A DNA stretch of 64,000 nt, taken from Trichoplax sp. H2 (lineage: Eukaryota). A program made the position numbers and the translations under genes. Position 1 is the stretch's first letter. The number at the start of each line of letters is the position of its first letter. This document shows, one piece after another, positions 38,889 through 52,855 of this stretch. The notes beneath the pieces were generated by a model that was not told where the DNA came from, made no database searches, and saw nothing but the letters and a program-made list of their open reading frames with translations. The stretch is from contig NOWV01000104.1 of NCBI GenBank assembly GCA_003344405.1, positions 124,001 to 188,000 on the forward strand, given 5' to 3'.

Positions 38889-40665
38889 AGTACACTACAA
38901 ATTACTGTAGTTTCCTCTACTGTATGAATCACTTGAGTGTACAGCACAGTACCCTGGATTACAGTACTCCATGCTGTACTGTAAAAGAAGTACTGTACAC
39001 GATACAGTACTTTACAGTACGGTACCCTGGATTACAGTACGTACAGTACTGTACAGTACAGTACGTACTGTACTGTACTCCATGCTGCATTGCGCAATGT
39101 ACATACTGTACAGTACAGTACAGCGTGAGCCATACTGTACACTGTGATGTACTGTAGTATTGAATCTGATGTTGATGATTGACGCAGTGATGACGTAGTC
39201 CTGTACTGTACTGTACTGTACTGTACAGTACGGCTTGACCATTTCATGCCTTGTACTGTACAGTGTACAGTACAAGGCACAGTATGACTCAGTGTACAGT
39301 ACAGTACAGAGCTGTACGGAGTTACCAGAAATCATTCGCGCAGCATGGCGTGAGGGTTTGGCCATGCCGTGGACTACGAGCAGCTTTTCTGCTGGCTTGG
39401 CCAAGTATCAATGCCGAATGCATCATTATCGAAAAACGCACATGATACCGGCAACGACTACAAAAGAGAAAGAGAGAGAGACAAGAAACGATCGCTCACT
39501 ATACTAATAATATGCAGTCTACCATTGGCATCCCAATTAGCTGCAAGCTTGCAATTATGCCGTTAAGTTGAGTGAAGTTTATGCGATACGGTTTCATCGA
39601 CACCGTAGATAGTACATTATAGTACAGTACTGTACTGGAGAAGGACCGGCAAAATGATACCACATTATTTTGTACTGAAAAGCGGCTTCCCGTCCCATCT
39701 CTCTTTTCGTTTTAGCAGCCGCTGATACCGGCAAGAGGCAAAAGCCAAAAATGATCAGTATGTGCATGTTCACGTGTAAAGCACTATTGGCACTTGATAA
39801 TGATGGCTAGAAATTGGTATATTCAGTTAGTGGACATTAAACATTTTGTACGAAAAAGTATAGTACTGCACAGTGTACAGTACACTAGTAACACTACATT
39901 TTAGAATTTGGGCGATAATACTCGGCTATTCGAGTTGTCTGTAGATATTTTGCGTGAATAGATTGACACGTTTTGTGTAGAATAGCTCAGCCCGGCTACG
40001 CTGGGTTTACACTGGCTGGTAGAATATAATATAATAATAATGATTTTATTATTAATCACGTGTATCGCGTCTCCATCAATTTAAATTGTGTACTGTAGTC
40101 TTATTCGATTGATGACAGACAACAATCACAGTGTACGCTGCTGTCTCTCATGGAATTACTCAGTACAGTACAGTATATATACCACAACACTGGTACATAC
40201 TGTACACGTCGTACTCATTGCATGATGGCTGCTTAAAGCGTTAAAGCGCAAACGGTGAAATTGCCAGCTTGAATCAGTACGAAAATAAAGTTTTAAATTT
40301 ACTCCTTTCTTATACGTAGACTGTACTGGGATCATATCGGATCTACGGCGCAAATACATTACCATATATGATCCCTATACTGTTCTATAGTGCTATTGTG
40401 GAAAATCTGAGATCTCTGCAATGGAGTTGCAATGGAGTTTAATTGCAACTGAATTTCAGTTACACGTTATACCATAGTTTCTCTTCTTCCTTGAGTAGTC
40501 CTGCTTCTGCAGCTTAATTCAATTTTCAATTCTGACTGAATAATTAATTTATAATGAATTAATTACCACTCATATACAGTACAAGGATATTAAGGTGATT
40601 AATAATTAATATTGATGTACAGTACTGTACAGTAGATGTGATGGTTAAAATATACAGTACTGTAG
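38889..40665. repeat. (TACAG/CTGTA)n palindromic arrays (main block 38889-39320; smaller patches near 39610, 40160 and 40615) between divergent nucleolin and PLEKHM2 starts
   Basis: ctgtactgtactgtactgtactgtacagtac at 39201; the unit taccctggattacagtac is duplicated near 38950 and 39023. Confidence 0.9.
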
Positions 40666-41135
40666 ATTACATAATCTAGAATTATTGCTCGAACATCGGA
40701 AAAAGAAAGTATAGTAGAGTAATTGGGATATGCGGTGCACTAGCAGAACTCAGAAGTAACAAAACAAGAGGATAGCGACTGCAGTACACTAGGCGAGTTA
40801 CAAGTCATTATTACCGTAGTGTTCTATGCACTCAGCGTTAAGTGTATACTAAATCCTTTTCGGGTCTCTGGTGGACATTATTTAGTACAACGTGCACTAA
40901 ACAGTAAACACCGATATAGGACAATCGTCCACTCTTATAAAACTCCATCCTACAGCCAGTTTTCCAACAAAAATAATTCGCTAAATCTATAGGAAAACCA
41001 TAATTGTACTACGTTGACTAAATTGATTCAACGTAAATGCTTGTAGACGGCTAAGAGGTCAATTGGATCCCATGTTTCTTGTTGATTTGTGACCGTGTGA
41101 TTGTGCCCTACGTGCGTGAATGTGAACAGGACGCC

Positions 41136-44100
41136 ATGGCTGAATATGATGATACCAAAGTGAAGGACAACATGGTAGTGGCGATCTCTGGCGCAATCAA
41201 GAGCGTAAGGGCAGCCCATTTTGACTTGATGCTCAACAGTGTATCATTAAATCAGCACATAATATAATATTGCTCTGTACTGAATAGTGCTGGCAGTAAC
41301 ATCAATATTTTCGATGAAGGCTATTTTCATGACGATGAGTTAATAACTTCGGTAACAAGAGTACAGTATTGTTATTTCGAATATATGTCGACACGTTGAG
41401 TTTCAAGTCTTTAATACGAGTATTGGTGAATCCACTTCACCGAATCTTTTAACTTACCATACAGCCACTGCTCATGGCTATGATAGTCTACTAGTTAAAT
41501 ATACAAGCATGATTTACTCTGAAGCAATAAAACAGTGTGTTTGGCCTGATTAATGAATTAACTACTAAACTGCTTTTACCCCAGTAAAGTAGGTGTTTGT
41601 TTTCATCTGTCGCACGGAATAATATGAATGCAAAGTTGTCATTAGCCATTTGTTATAGCACAAAATATTCGTTAATACTACTCTTCCAATATGTATTATA
41701 GCTGCAGCTGTATTCCATTTCATCCAAAGATCGCTCAAAAGATACACCAAAGGTTATTTCAAACAACAATTTGCAACTCCATGATCTCTGTATACAGTTG
41801 GATCGAGCTTTTTGTCATGGGTATGTTTTACTTGCACAACTCTTCACTGGACACCAATATTTGTATTGTAGATACTGTACTTGATTCAACATTCTGTCCG
41901 TAGAGATACGGTTAAAGTCAATTGAGCCATAGTGAATTTATTTTCTTGCCCGTCTTTGAACGATACGATACTGTTATCGATTCAGTTATTATCATCGAAC
42001 GATAAATAAATTTAGCAGGGATAATTGTAAATGGAATCGTTTAATTACAGTCTTTGATTAATTATTCTAATCGCAGTACGTAGAATTGAGCAGAGTTGTA
42101 CCGAGCAAAATAACCATTAATACCACCACTGCATTCTATTTTATCATTTAAAAGATTGTCTTGTCTTACCTCAGTTGTCGGGCATGTTCAAGTATAGTCG
42201 ACAGTCGACATAGGAGTAAATAGCAGTTTTCGCAAAAACTATAAAAAATCAATAAGAGTTCATTAATCGATAAGGATAAGGCAAACGATTCTTTATGCAA
42301 GTATAGCAAGTTGAGAAACTTTATTTAGCATTATATGCACTTCTAGATAACCTCATAATTTAGGAATACGTATCTTACATTGTCTTGCATTATAAGTTTA
42401 CGTGCTGGTAAAAACGGATTTTGGAAGTATCTTCACGGAGTTATTCCTAAGAAAACAGTGCAAGAAATTGAAGGATTAGCAAATGTTTCAAGTGACATCG
42501 GCAAGGGTAGGATGAAAATCAGTTGACCATGTTTAAAATTGCCTTTTACGCTATTATTATTCGATACGATACAATATTCAAATATCAATTATTCGTAAAG
42601 GTCGTGCGTGGCTCCACTTGATACTAGCAGAAAGCAGCCTAGAAAGTTATTTACGTTTGTTTGCCAAACAGAACGATATACACAAAAGAAAACATTATCA
42701 TAGGTAAGCTAACTGTTGTAGCAGCTCCAATGCAACACTAATATACATTTGTATCATACTTAGTAATACCTTAGGTTTCCAGAATTTCTAAATTAAGAAA
42801 TAAATCATCTGCTTATACACATCTCTGGATTTAATTTGAGAATATTACAGTTTTTAGAAACCAATTAAAACAAATTTTTTATCATTTACAGATATGCACT
42901 GTTATGTGACATTGAGGTATTATCAACGCTAGAAGTCTTACTGATAATGATTACACAATTTTATTGAAATTGCATTGTAACTGTAACTAGCCTTTAATAT
43001 ATATTGGTATTATTACATGGTTGCATGATAAATAATCCTTCTCACTAATTTGTTGTACAGAGAATGCAGCTACTAGAGACAGTAGCATCTGGTTTAGATG
43101 CTATCCAGTTTGTTCTCGATATGGTAGGTTACGCATTTTATTTCGTAAATTTATCTAAAGTAATCAAACAAGAGTATTTCATGTTTACCTGTAACCGGTC
43201 TATTTAGGAGATTACCTTGTTAAAATTGTAATATGCGAGCGGTTCTAGTAGGTAAAAGTTTATCTTGCATTGACAGTGGGCGGAATTTTTATTCTTTTAG
43301 GACGTCCCTTACTTGGATTCTGTTGATTATTCTACCCCTTTTGTATCGGGAAATGTTAATAACGACGATAAGCTTTCTAATACACCTGGTTTTGCAAAAA
43401 AGAAAGTATTAACCAGTATGGGCTACGTTGACTGCGTTGTCAAGTCAAGTGAAAGCAAGTCGGCTGGTAAATATGAATTGCTGTTGCATAGTACTGCGAA
43501 TTTGCTTTAAAGTAGCATAGTAGTGGACGATAGAATAACAGTAGGCAGTTGATTGCTTTTCGAAATACTTACTGAATATCTCAAAAGATAAGCAATGAAT
43601 AGCTTCAGCAAGGCATTTATTCATCATTAGCTTACAGTTATAAGATTTGATAAGAATCAGTAAGTCTTTCAATTGAGAGTGAGTGATTTGTTACGGATTT
43701 TGAATTTAATAAGCTTCATATATCAATGTGTTATGCGTAAAAGCACTGGTCGTTGTATAAATACACGTACTGGTATTCATTGCTTAGGTTTGTAATATTA
43801 ACGTTGACGATTAATTGAATGTACTGCATAATAGTAATGTCTCCAGCCAATGATAACATATCGCCTAATGCAGAAGTTAAAAAAGATAAAACCGCTCCAG
43901 AAAAGTTGCCCCAAAAAGAACATCCGCGGCTAAGTTCTGCTCCTATTCCTCCAATGCTGCAAGCGTCTATAACATCTTCTGAACATATGGCTGACACTGT
44001 TGTTAGTCGTAATCGAAAAAAGAAAAAAAATAAATCATCTAAAGGCACTAGCCAAAGTAGTCACGACAAGTCGGCTAAATCGCATGGTGATGTTATCACA

Positions 44101-47100
44101 GATGACAAAATTCCCACTGATGTGCTGGATGATAAATATCTTACCACTGAAGAAAATAAGAATGATTTCCACGCAAAGGAAGCACCTATGGATCCAGTAG
44201 ATAGTACATCTGTGACGTCGAAAGGCGAACTAATTACAAAGCCTTCGGAGCTACTCCAAACTGAGTAGGATGTTATAACTATAGGATTTATTTCTGATGT
44301 TTGTGATTGACTTAATGTATTTTTATTATTTTCGTACCTATTAAAAGGAGCGACTTGCAGATTGTAACAGATGATAATGAAATTAGATCTGCTGAAGAAA
44401 TAATCACTATCGGGTTTGACAACCATGAAGAGATATTAGCAGATACAGCTATGGAGTTACCAGATAATGAGTAAGTCTGTTGCAATTTATGTTTTTTTAT
44501 TTTTTGTGCGCGATGTTTTGATGTTAATTAGTGGTTTTTGTTGGTTAAATATCTAGAACACCCAAAATGACTAATCAAACTGTCGAAAATTGTCAATTTC
44601 TTAATGATAGTACAAATGCTGAAACATTGAAATCCAATGATACAATTGGGTTTCATGTTGAATCAGAAATGGACATGAAACGTAACGAACAGCTAACTGC
44701 AACCACGGATGCCTTAAATCCTATAGATAATAGTGAAACCCCTCCTAAGAATAATAAATTATCGGATTTGCTGCAATCTCAGGACGTTCTGGTGGAGACT
44801 TCATTGCAAAATAGACATTCCACGTTGCCCAACGATGAAGTTAATGAATTATCAGTCGTAGAAGACCATATTATTACTGAAACCGAAGCTAAGCCTGACA
44901 TAGAAAGTCCTAACAGTGACAAGGAAGTTGATAAGTATAGTACACATAATAATGACTTTGGTAATGCAGCAGCAACGAGCACTGATGGTAGTAACATTGA
45001 TAAGGATAATGAGAAAACCAGAAGTCATTCTTTATCAGCTAGTGAAAATATACCTGAAAACATCTTGGCTTTCGATTTCGAAATAAAGTGTGTAAATCGT
45101 ATCATTATCTGATTAGATTATTAATCCTGTAGTGCTGAATTGATTTGATCGATAGATAATTTTTTTATGTTTATTTTAGCATTACCCCTAGTATTGAACT
45201 AGAATTAACGTTAAATACGATCGATGACGAAATCGAAAGTCTCTGTAAGGTATGATTGGATGTGTTTCGCTGTATTGTGTGTTGTTTAATTCAATTAGTA
45301 ACGTTTTAACCGTATGTAGATGTACAAGGTACCGTATTTCGAAAATACCATGTTCGTAAATTTTCAGTACCTGTTGCTGACCGATGCAACAATTTACATG
45401 CTTTATCAAGGTATAATGCGATTTTTAAGACTAATAAGCTAAAGCTGTATTAATTTATATACTGTTATAAATTTAATGTAAGACAATTGATAAAATTTTT
45501 TATGTATCAATTAGTGAGTTATATTCCATTCTATTTATTACAGATTCAGGCAGTTATATGAAGAAGTTGTCCTTCGAACTTGATGCTATTGACCATTTTG
45601 TGGTAAAGATTAAATTAATGTTGTTTCCAACGTGATCTTTTTATCCATCATAAATTTATATGAATATTGAGAAAGTACGAATTGTAGTATGGCAGGATAG
45701 CTAAAAATTAATAATTATGAATATCTATTACTGGAAGATTGGAATCGATTGGCAACTTTTAGGAATAGCAATCAAATCAGCAAACTACAACAAACTAAAT
45801 ATCTATACACTCTGTGAATTGCATGGGAGGTAGATATTTTTTATTGCTGTTATGAATATTCGATTTTTGTAAGATAGTAGTAAACCTAGTCGTAAAAGTA
45901 TTGAACTTTGATATTGTAGCTAAAAGTTAAATTTTATATTCCAACTATTGGGCTTTAACTACAATTAAGAGCTATAATTGGTGAATTAAAGAAAATTTTA
46001 TCTTGCCGGGGTTTGGAACCTTTGATAATTTATGATAAAATAACAGAACTGGATAAGTGGATAGATACTATTGAAGAAAAAGTGGTAATATGTGATGCAT
46101 GTAATAATTACTAAATAAGCATATAAAATATTTTTCAAATGAGTAGACATTTTCTTGTTATTTTGCAGTATATACACTTACCGATATTGTTATTGATATT
46201 TTATATAACAGGTTAAAGATAACTCTGCGCTTAAATACATCCAGTTTTGCTGTGCTTCTAACGTCGCTTCACGAATGAAACCGCGAAAGTCAACAGTGAC
46301 ACATAGTTAGTGCTTACGTTAATGGATTTATTTGGATTTCGAATAGACACACACATACAGTAGCCTCAAACAATGTAGGGAATCATTAAATAAATTTTTA
46401 TTGATAACAAATTGTACATTTCACAACTTAGACGGGTGGCTTGAATATTATAAACCACAAGGTTACTTTGGAAGGGGCCAAAACTGGTTAAAACAGTATT
46501 TTTGCATTCAGTTAGTATTTATCGTAGATAGAAGCAGTAATATCGGCAAAGCTTATTCACTGTATATTACTGCGAAAAGTAGTATTTTTATATTCAATTA
46601 GTATTAATGTTATCCTGCTTTTATATCTTTGTATTTTTATTTAGAGATGGAAAATTATACCATTGGTTAGCAAAGGTATCAAACCTATCACTGTAGTAAA
46701 TTTTGACTGCCAAGTTGCCTATTTTTTTAAATTCATATATCGTTATCTTTAGGGTGATAGACATCCGAAAGCTATTCTTGATTTAAAGTTAGTGCAAGTC
46801 GTAATAGCTTCTTATAAATATAATCAATAAATCTAACAGGTGTATAATGTATAATTGTCTTCTGAATGAATTTGCACTATTATAATTTCATTGTGCAGGG
46901 AATGTGCAGAGTGCAATTTGATACCAGATAGCGAAAAGCCATTTGCTTTTAAGGTGTGTAAATTGATAATAAAATTTCTGAAATGCTGAGGACTTATGTA
47001 ATTTATATAGATGTTTCAATTTTTAACTGTAGCATTCTTATTTCTTACTATATCGCCGGCGTCTGATTATATTTTATTTATTACTAAAAGATTAAAATGA

Positions 47101-47981
47101 AAGATGGCAGCACTTCGTTCGCTCTTGCAGCTCAAGATGGAGAGTCTTTAAGAATATGGTTAACGTTGCTGTATGAAAATATTCCAACTCAAAATGTAAA
47201 TTAGTGATAGAGCAACTTTTTAGTACATTATCGCTATAGTGTATATATATAGAAGTACGGACTACCGATAATCTTTAAAATAATTATTTTTGTGATAGGT
47301 GTGGGATAGAAAGAATAATGCTGTATGTCCGGGTCCGGGATTTGTTCTTGGGTCTTTGATTATCACGAAGACAAATGTAATTATTACGTTAATTTCGACG
47401 CCTATGAAATATTTGGCGCTTATGAAATTGCAATTACAGAAATATAAATATCACTGCATGATTGTTCTTCTCTCAGGTATATATTTGTACGACTAATACA
47501 GAAAGTGAGATTCTAAAGATGATATCATCATGTCCGATTGAGAGTATAATTTCCGTGTCTAAAGATAAAGATGGGCGAATACCGTATTGTTGCAGTTTGG
47601 TTAGATCATTGAATTTTCCTTCAGTTGATAGTTAAGAGAATTTGTTGTACATTATTTTGCTCTGTTGAAAAGATGAATGTTTTTGCATTTGCAGGAGTAC
47701 ATTATCGTGGAAAGTGATGAAAGTCATAGTATTCCGTTGTGCTTTGCGACTAGTTTTGATTGTGAAAAATTTATAGCTAGTATTACAAAAGAATGGCGTA
47801 ATTTATTCAAGGTAAAAGACATATATGAAATATCGATTTCTGAATGATAACATATTCCCTCTATGAACCATTATTTACGGGTGCGTTGGTCTTATAGGTT
47901 GATTTATCAGTTGGAGAATGTGAGGAATATATTATCGACACTTTTAACGAATATGTGGAAATATTTGGTGAAAGCAAATAA
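41136..47981 (+). CDS. PLEKHM2: RUN- and PH-domain lysosome adaptor PLEKHM2/SKIP; multi-exon
   Basis: Exon 1 (41136-41204) MAEYDDTKVKDNMVVAISGAIKS; exon 2 (41702-41820) ends LHDLCIQLDRAFCHG. RUN domain GRAWLHLILAESSLESYLRLF, VASGLDAIQFVLDMDVPYLD; then YLLLTDATIYML; PH domain GWLEYYKPQGYFGRGQNWLKQYF...KPFAFK...FALAAQDGESLRIWL. Last exon 47898-47981 ends in TAA. Confidence 0.9.
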
Positions 47982-50900
47982 TTATTTAATTTTTGAAAGT
48001 GTACTCTGCACTCGCATAAAATGCCATAGTATCTTCCACAGTGCAGAATATCGCATATTTACAAGACGGACTGCATATTCAATTATTGCCTTAAAATGAC
48101 GCTATGAAACTCTTTTTTAGTTATCGTAGTGAATTATAATTTACAGATACATGCCTGCCTGTGTTTCTATAATATCATTAAGCATTAATGCCAATTACTG
48201 TATTTATGATTAGAGGATATCCGCGTCTATTGATCTATGATAATAATTTGAATCATGCTGTTAGATAGAAATTAACTTTAACGCTGATAAGCCAAATCTA
48301 ATGAAACTATACTTATTTAATTTGAGTAGGTTTACTGGTTCAGACCAAAAGTCTCTAAAAATTTATCTATCAGTAAATAATGTAATTAATGCTATCCATC
48401 CTCACAGCTTAACCGGATAATATATTTTTTCACCACGGATTATACTCGTATGTATTCACCAGTGGTCTTAATTCAATGACACTGTATATGTATTATGATG
48501 GATGTTATTGTGGAATTGTAGTGTAATAAATACTCGTAAATGAGATGTGTTGGAAACTCACCCCTGATTATACTTATTATTTTATTGTTGTTAGTTAGCA
48601 TGCTTGTATTGCACTGCGTTATCCATTCATGCACAACGTAACTTTATTAATGGGTGTTTTATTACGTAGGAAATTGGGGACTTGAGGTATACGAGTATGC
48701 AGTTACAGGAAAGAAGATCTTCGTATCATAAATTTATAATACTTCATTTACTATCGTGGTAAATGGTAAAGATTTAGTTGCTGTACTACAGTTAGTGAAA
48801 CCTTTATAAAGGAAATGTACGCTTTCATGGATGTAAATAGTGTTTACAGTTAACAGTGTCAATGATATCAAATCAATCGTGAATACGCTATCAATGCCTT
48901 AAATTACCAAATGCTCGATTCTCTGAGAATCGAGTAATTGTATGCTTGTTAACCTACTATATATGTACTATATTTACAGTGGGATTAAGTACTTTATCCT
49001 TTGCGATGGGAAATTTTTATAGACCTGCATTACGACGTGAGTTGTAAAATGGTTGTAGCGACTGATAGTTTGTATTAGAAACTTGAAAAAGAAATCGAAT
49101 TATTCAATACTGCAATATGAAGTGATCAAAGTATCATGAATCCATTGCTCATTGTCGTACCGATCTGTCTGCATGGCATTTGAGCCTAATTTAATGTCCA
49201 TTTCTTCAAAATTGAAAGACATAATTGAAGGCAACACTATAGCTGAACATTATTCAACCATTTTGGAGGGCTCTCGCCACGCCCCTATAATAGTGCATAC
49301 AGATGTCGTGATCAGCCCAGAATAACACAAATAAGGACCTGATGAATAAATAAAAAAATTATCTGAGAACAGTATAGAAATCTGAATTTGAAAGTAATGT
49401 GATCACTACTACTAGTAATGACCCATATACTGTAGTTAGGATTCCATAAAGTAGAAATTGGTCAATCCAGTCAATGGCATTCAATACTGAATGACCAACG
49501 AGTTCTACGTCCAATTTGCCAAAGGTGAACAACCCCCTCTTTCTATTGTGCAAAATGAGTTGTCACCCTTGATGTTATCGTCTTTGTCTGTATGAATTAG
49601 ATAACACTTACATCATGACTCCAATATGAAATTTAGGAGTGACACAACATAATCTTAGACTGGATATTTAATAGAGAATGGCATCAAATGCTCCTTCTAC
49701 AGCCATACGCCGATGCGAAATGACAGATTGGATACAATGTAATAAATCACTTTCGAGCTTCTGTTCAAAACAGTAGCCTTAGAATACATTGATCATATCT
49801 GTGACTGTTTTGATACAGTACCCTGCATCCTAGACAATACCGCATATTACCTATTCATTATATTAATATCCGTAGTGCCTACAGTATATACGTTTTAGGC
49901 GCTGACCAGCAGGGACAAAATTCAATTTCTGCTTTAACCAACGGCAAATCTTGGTTGTTTTTATATGCTTGTCGATGGAAAATGACTTGAAAATGGACGA
50001 TGAGAAGGTAGGCTGCACGTTGTAGAAGCTATTTTCAACGTTAAACATACGGGATAGCGTGTTGCTTGTTGGTAGAACAGAGGACTGTACTGTCGTGTAC
50101 ATGTAGAAGGCTTAAAAGTAGTTTACCTCACAAGAGTGGACGCGTCCATTCCTTTCGTGTATTCCTTATACTATACCAGTTGTTAAAGGCTTAAAGATGG
50201 AAAATGTGATGATTATAGCAAACTAGGCGGTAGGTTGACTAATCGATAGGTACATCTAGTCGGAACAGATTGAGTTAAGACATCTTTGATCATGGCGATG
50301 TGAATAGGAATAGATGGAATAAGCTTACATCGACGACAAAGGTCCCTAGGGCCTCGTCTTTTCGAACGCCCTCAAAGCAACTTGTCTAATTTTACTGGAC
50401 ATCATGGCTCAACATTTTCAACACTTTTTTTACCATGTTGAGTAATTATAGCATATTTCAAAAAGAGTTTTCAGTAGAACTGGTTGAAGGTGTACTGGTA
50501 TAGCTTGTGTTGGAAATAGTAAGGTAATACAGAATCATGATAATGTGACAAGGGATACTATGAGATTCTTATTGCATTGTATGATGATTTCAAATTTTCG
50601 ACACCCATTGATTAATCTACTGGCTGGAGATCCAATCATCAAAGATCAGCCATGTTAATAGTAAACCTTGGATGCAGCCGAGGAATAAGCGGTATTAGGA
50701 TCATCGATTAATTTCTTGTATCAATGGCGTGATCCTAAACATTGCACGCTCCATTTTTGCAAAATCAACAATGTCTACGTCACAAAAAAATGAACTCGAT
50801 GCAATGGTGGATTGCTATACTGTAAGCGGATTGCAACTTTGAGTAAACAAATACTTGCTTAATCTGCTTCTATTCTGTAGAAGTATATTGGTCTTTTGTA

Positions 50901-52138
50901 TGAAGGAGAAGATTTAAAATAAGATTGCTTTTTGACCTCCTTTTATTGCATTCTATTGCACTCAATGATTCATCCTTATCCAAAGGATCATTTATCTATT
51001 TTTAAATCGAATTCTATCATGTTAACTATGATCCTGTAAATACAACTTGAATATACGGTAATGTACAAGATCAAGATATTATTAAGGTTAAACCGACACT
51101 TAGTCATATTAGTCTTCTATGCCGGTTCCTACGGGGGGGGGGGGTAGCAATTTTGAAGTATTTCATTTTCTTTGCAATTTTCGATCCTTCTGTTTTCCAT
51201 TTAGTGCATATAGTCTGTGGTATAATAGTCCACAGATGAATTTTAGTAAGGCTACTGATTAATATTTTCAGATTGTAGAGTACTGTATAGTTCATGTCTA
51301 ACGTTTCTAAGCTGGATAGATAGTACTGTATTTTTAACGCAGACGACAGTGTCATTTTCTCCATCGCAAGTTTGTCCTTATGAGGGGGATAGAGCACACA
51401 TGGACGTGCAATCAGATAGTGATTTTCTTTTCAATAGTTTGACAAAGTTTAAAGTAAAAATATATCGCTCTCATCTGTTCGCAAAATATTGACTCTCAAT
51501 CAGTTATTTTCTTTCATCTTTTACAAATTATTAAAATATCACTAGTTTAACTACCATTGAATCTCTTTTACAAGAAAAATTGAATAAAGCAGGTATAGTT
51601 TATTGGCCGTTTAGAGATTATATTTCCTTATCAAGAATATTTAAATATACGAGACAGTATTGGTATATTCCATCGTGTAGATGGCCTTCATTTGTGGCGT
51701 ATTGGTTTAAGAAATTTCTACTATTTGCTTTTGACTACCAATGAAAACTATAACAAGTACTATATCATCGACGATTGTGCTATTACTAATATACAATAAA
51801 GAAAAACCACAATAAGAATGCTGCTAATATTAAGCTATTGATCCATTTCTCCCTGGTGTCGTCATTTGCCAACCTTCAACGTTGATAATATCGACTAGAC
51901 AGACTATTGATTATATTAAATTTCTGTTCATACATGCAACGTTTTCTCTTTCTACATTATCTATTATCTAAAGTACATTATAGATTAGATATCAGGTACT
52001 TCTTCTATTGGATGTATTTGTGTGATAGCTTTTTTTTCTTCTTGTAGAAAGATAAGATAAAATAGATAGCGTGAAGTCAGTAGATTTTCACTAAAATGAC
52101 GTTGGCGATGGTTCTGATGATAGTAATCGGCGCAGATT

Positions 52139-52200
52139 TACTGTACAGTGTACAGTATATAGATTGAATTATGTACAGTATGTCATATATATACAGTATA
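52139..52200. repeat. Small TACAG/CTGTA patch about 650 bp upstream of the ORP gene's first coding exon
   Basis: tactgtacagtgtacagtatatagattgaattatgtacagtatgtcatatatatacagtata. Confidence 0.6.
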
Positions 52201-52855
52201 TTGACTAGCAATCACCCATGATCTAATCAAATAGGACACTGCAGTCTTGCTATATTTTGATACTGTAAAATGTATACATTTTTTTTCTTTCTTTTACATC
52301 ATCGATCATCAATTTGACTAGAGCGGCAAGTGCTATGTCAACAATGTTATTTTATTGTTGTTGTGGAGCAAGCATTGAAAAATTTCTATAGATATCGCGA
52401 TGTCTATGCATTTTAACAATAACATTTTTCATGCTATAGTCTTGACTAGATATACTGTAATAGCATGCACAACTTCTGTTGGCAAAGGAAATCGCTTCCG
52501 TCGTTGTCAAAGTCAAGAATAATAATACTGTACAATTGTCGATCAGTGTTGTACCGTGTCTATGATCAGCTGATTGGATAGTTGTAATTCATTCATTGGA
52601 TTAAATTGTTGGTTATTTATTTGTCCTTTTGGATGATGAAAATAGGTTGTAATTTAAAGACCCTAGATAGGAAAGGTCTCTGTTTGTACCGTACTGTATG
52701 TCAGTTGAGGAATAGAATAGAGGGTATGGATTGTCAACCATTTCCATTTTGATGCATTCATTTTAAGTTAGCTAAAATAGGACCAATTATATCGTCAAGC
52801 AGTTGACTGATCAATTTTATTTTCAAAATGGCTACTGTAGGTGCGTGATGGAGAT

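Noticed and set aside
37790-40438. TGCAATGGAGT at 37790 and in tandem at 40417 and 40428
   Set aside because: Too few copies to separate from chance or local slippage.
51133-51144. G12 homopolymer
   Set aside because: Isolated run with no supporting context; its length may be an assembly artefact.
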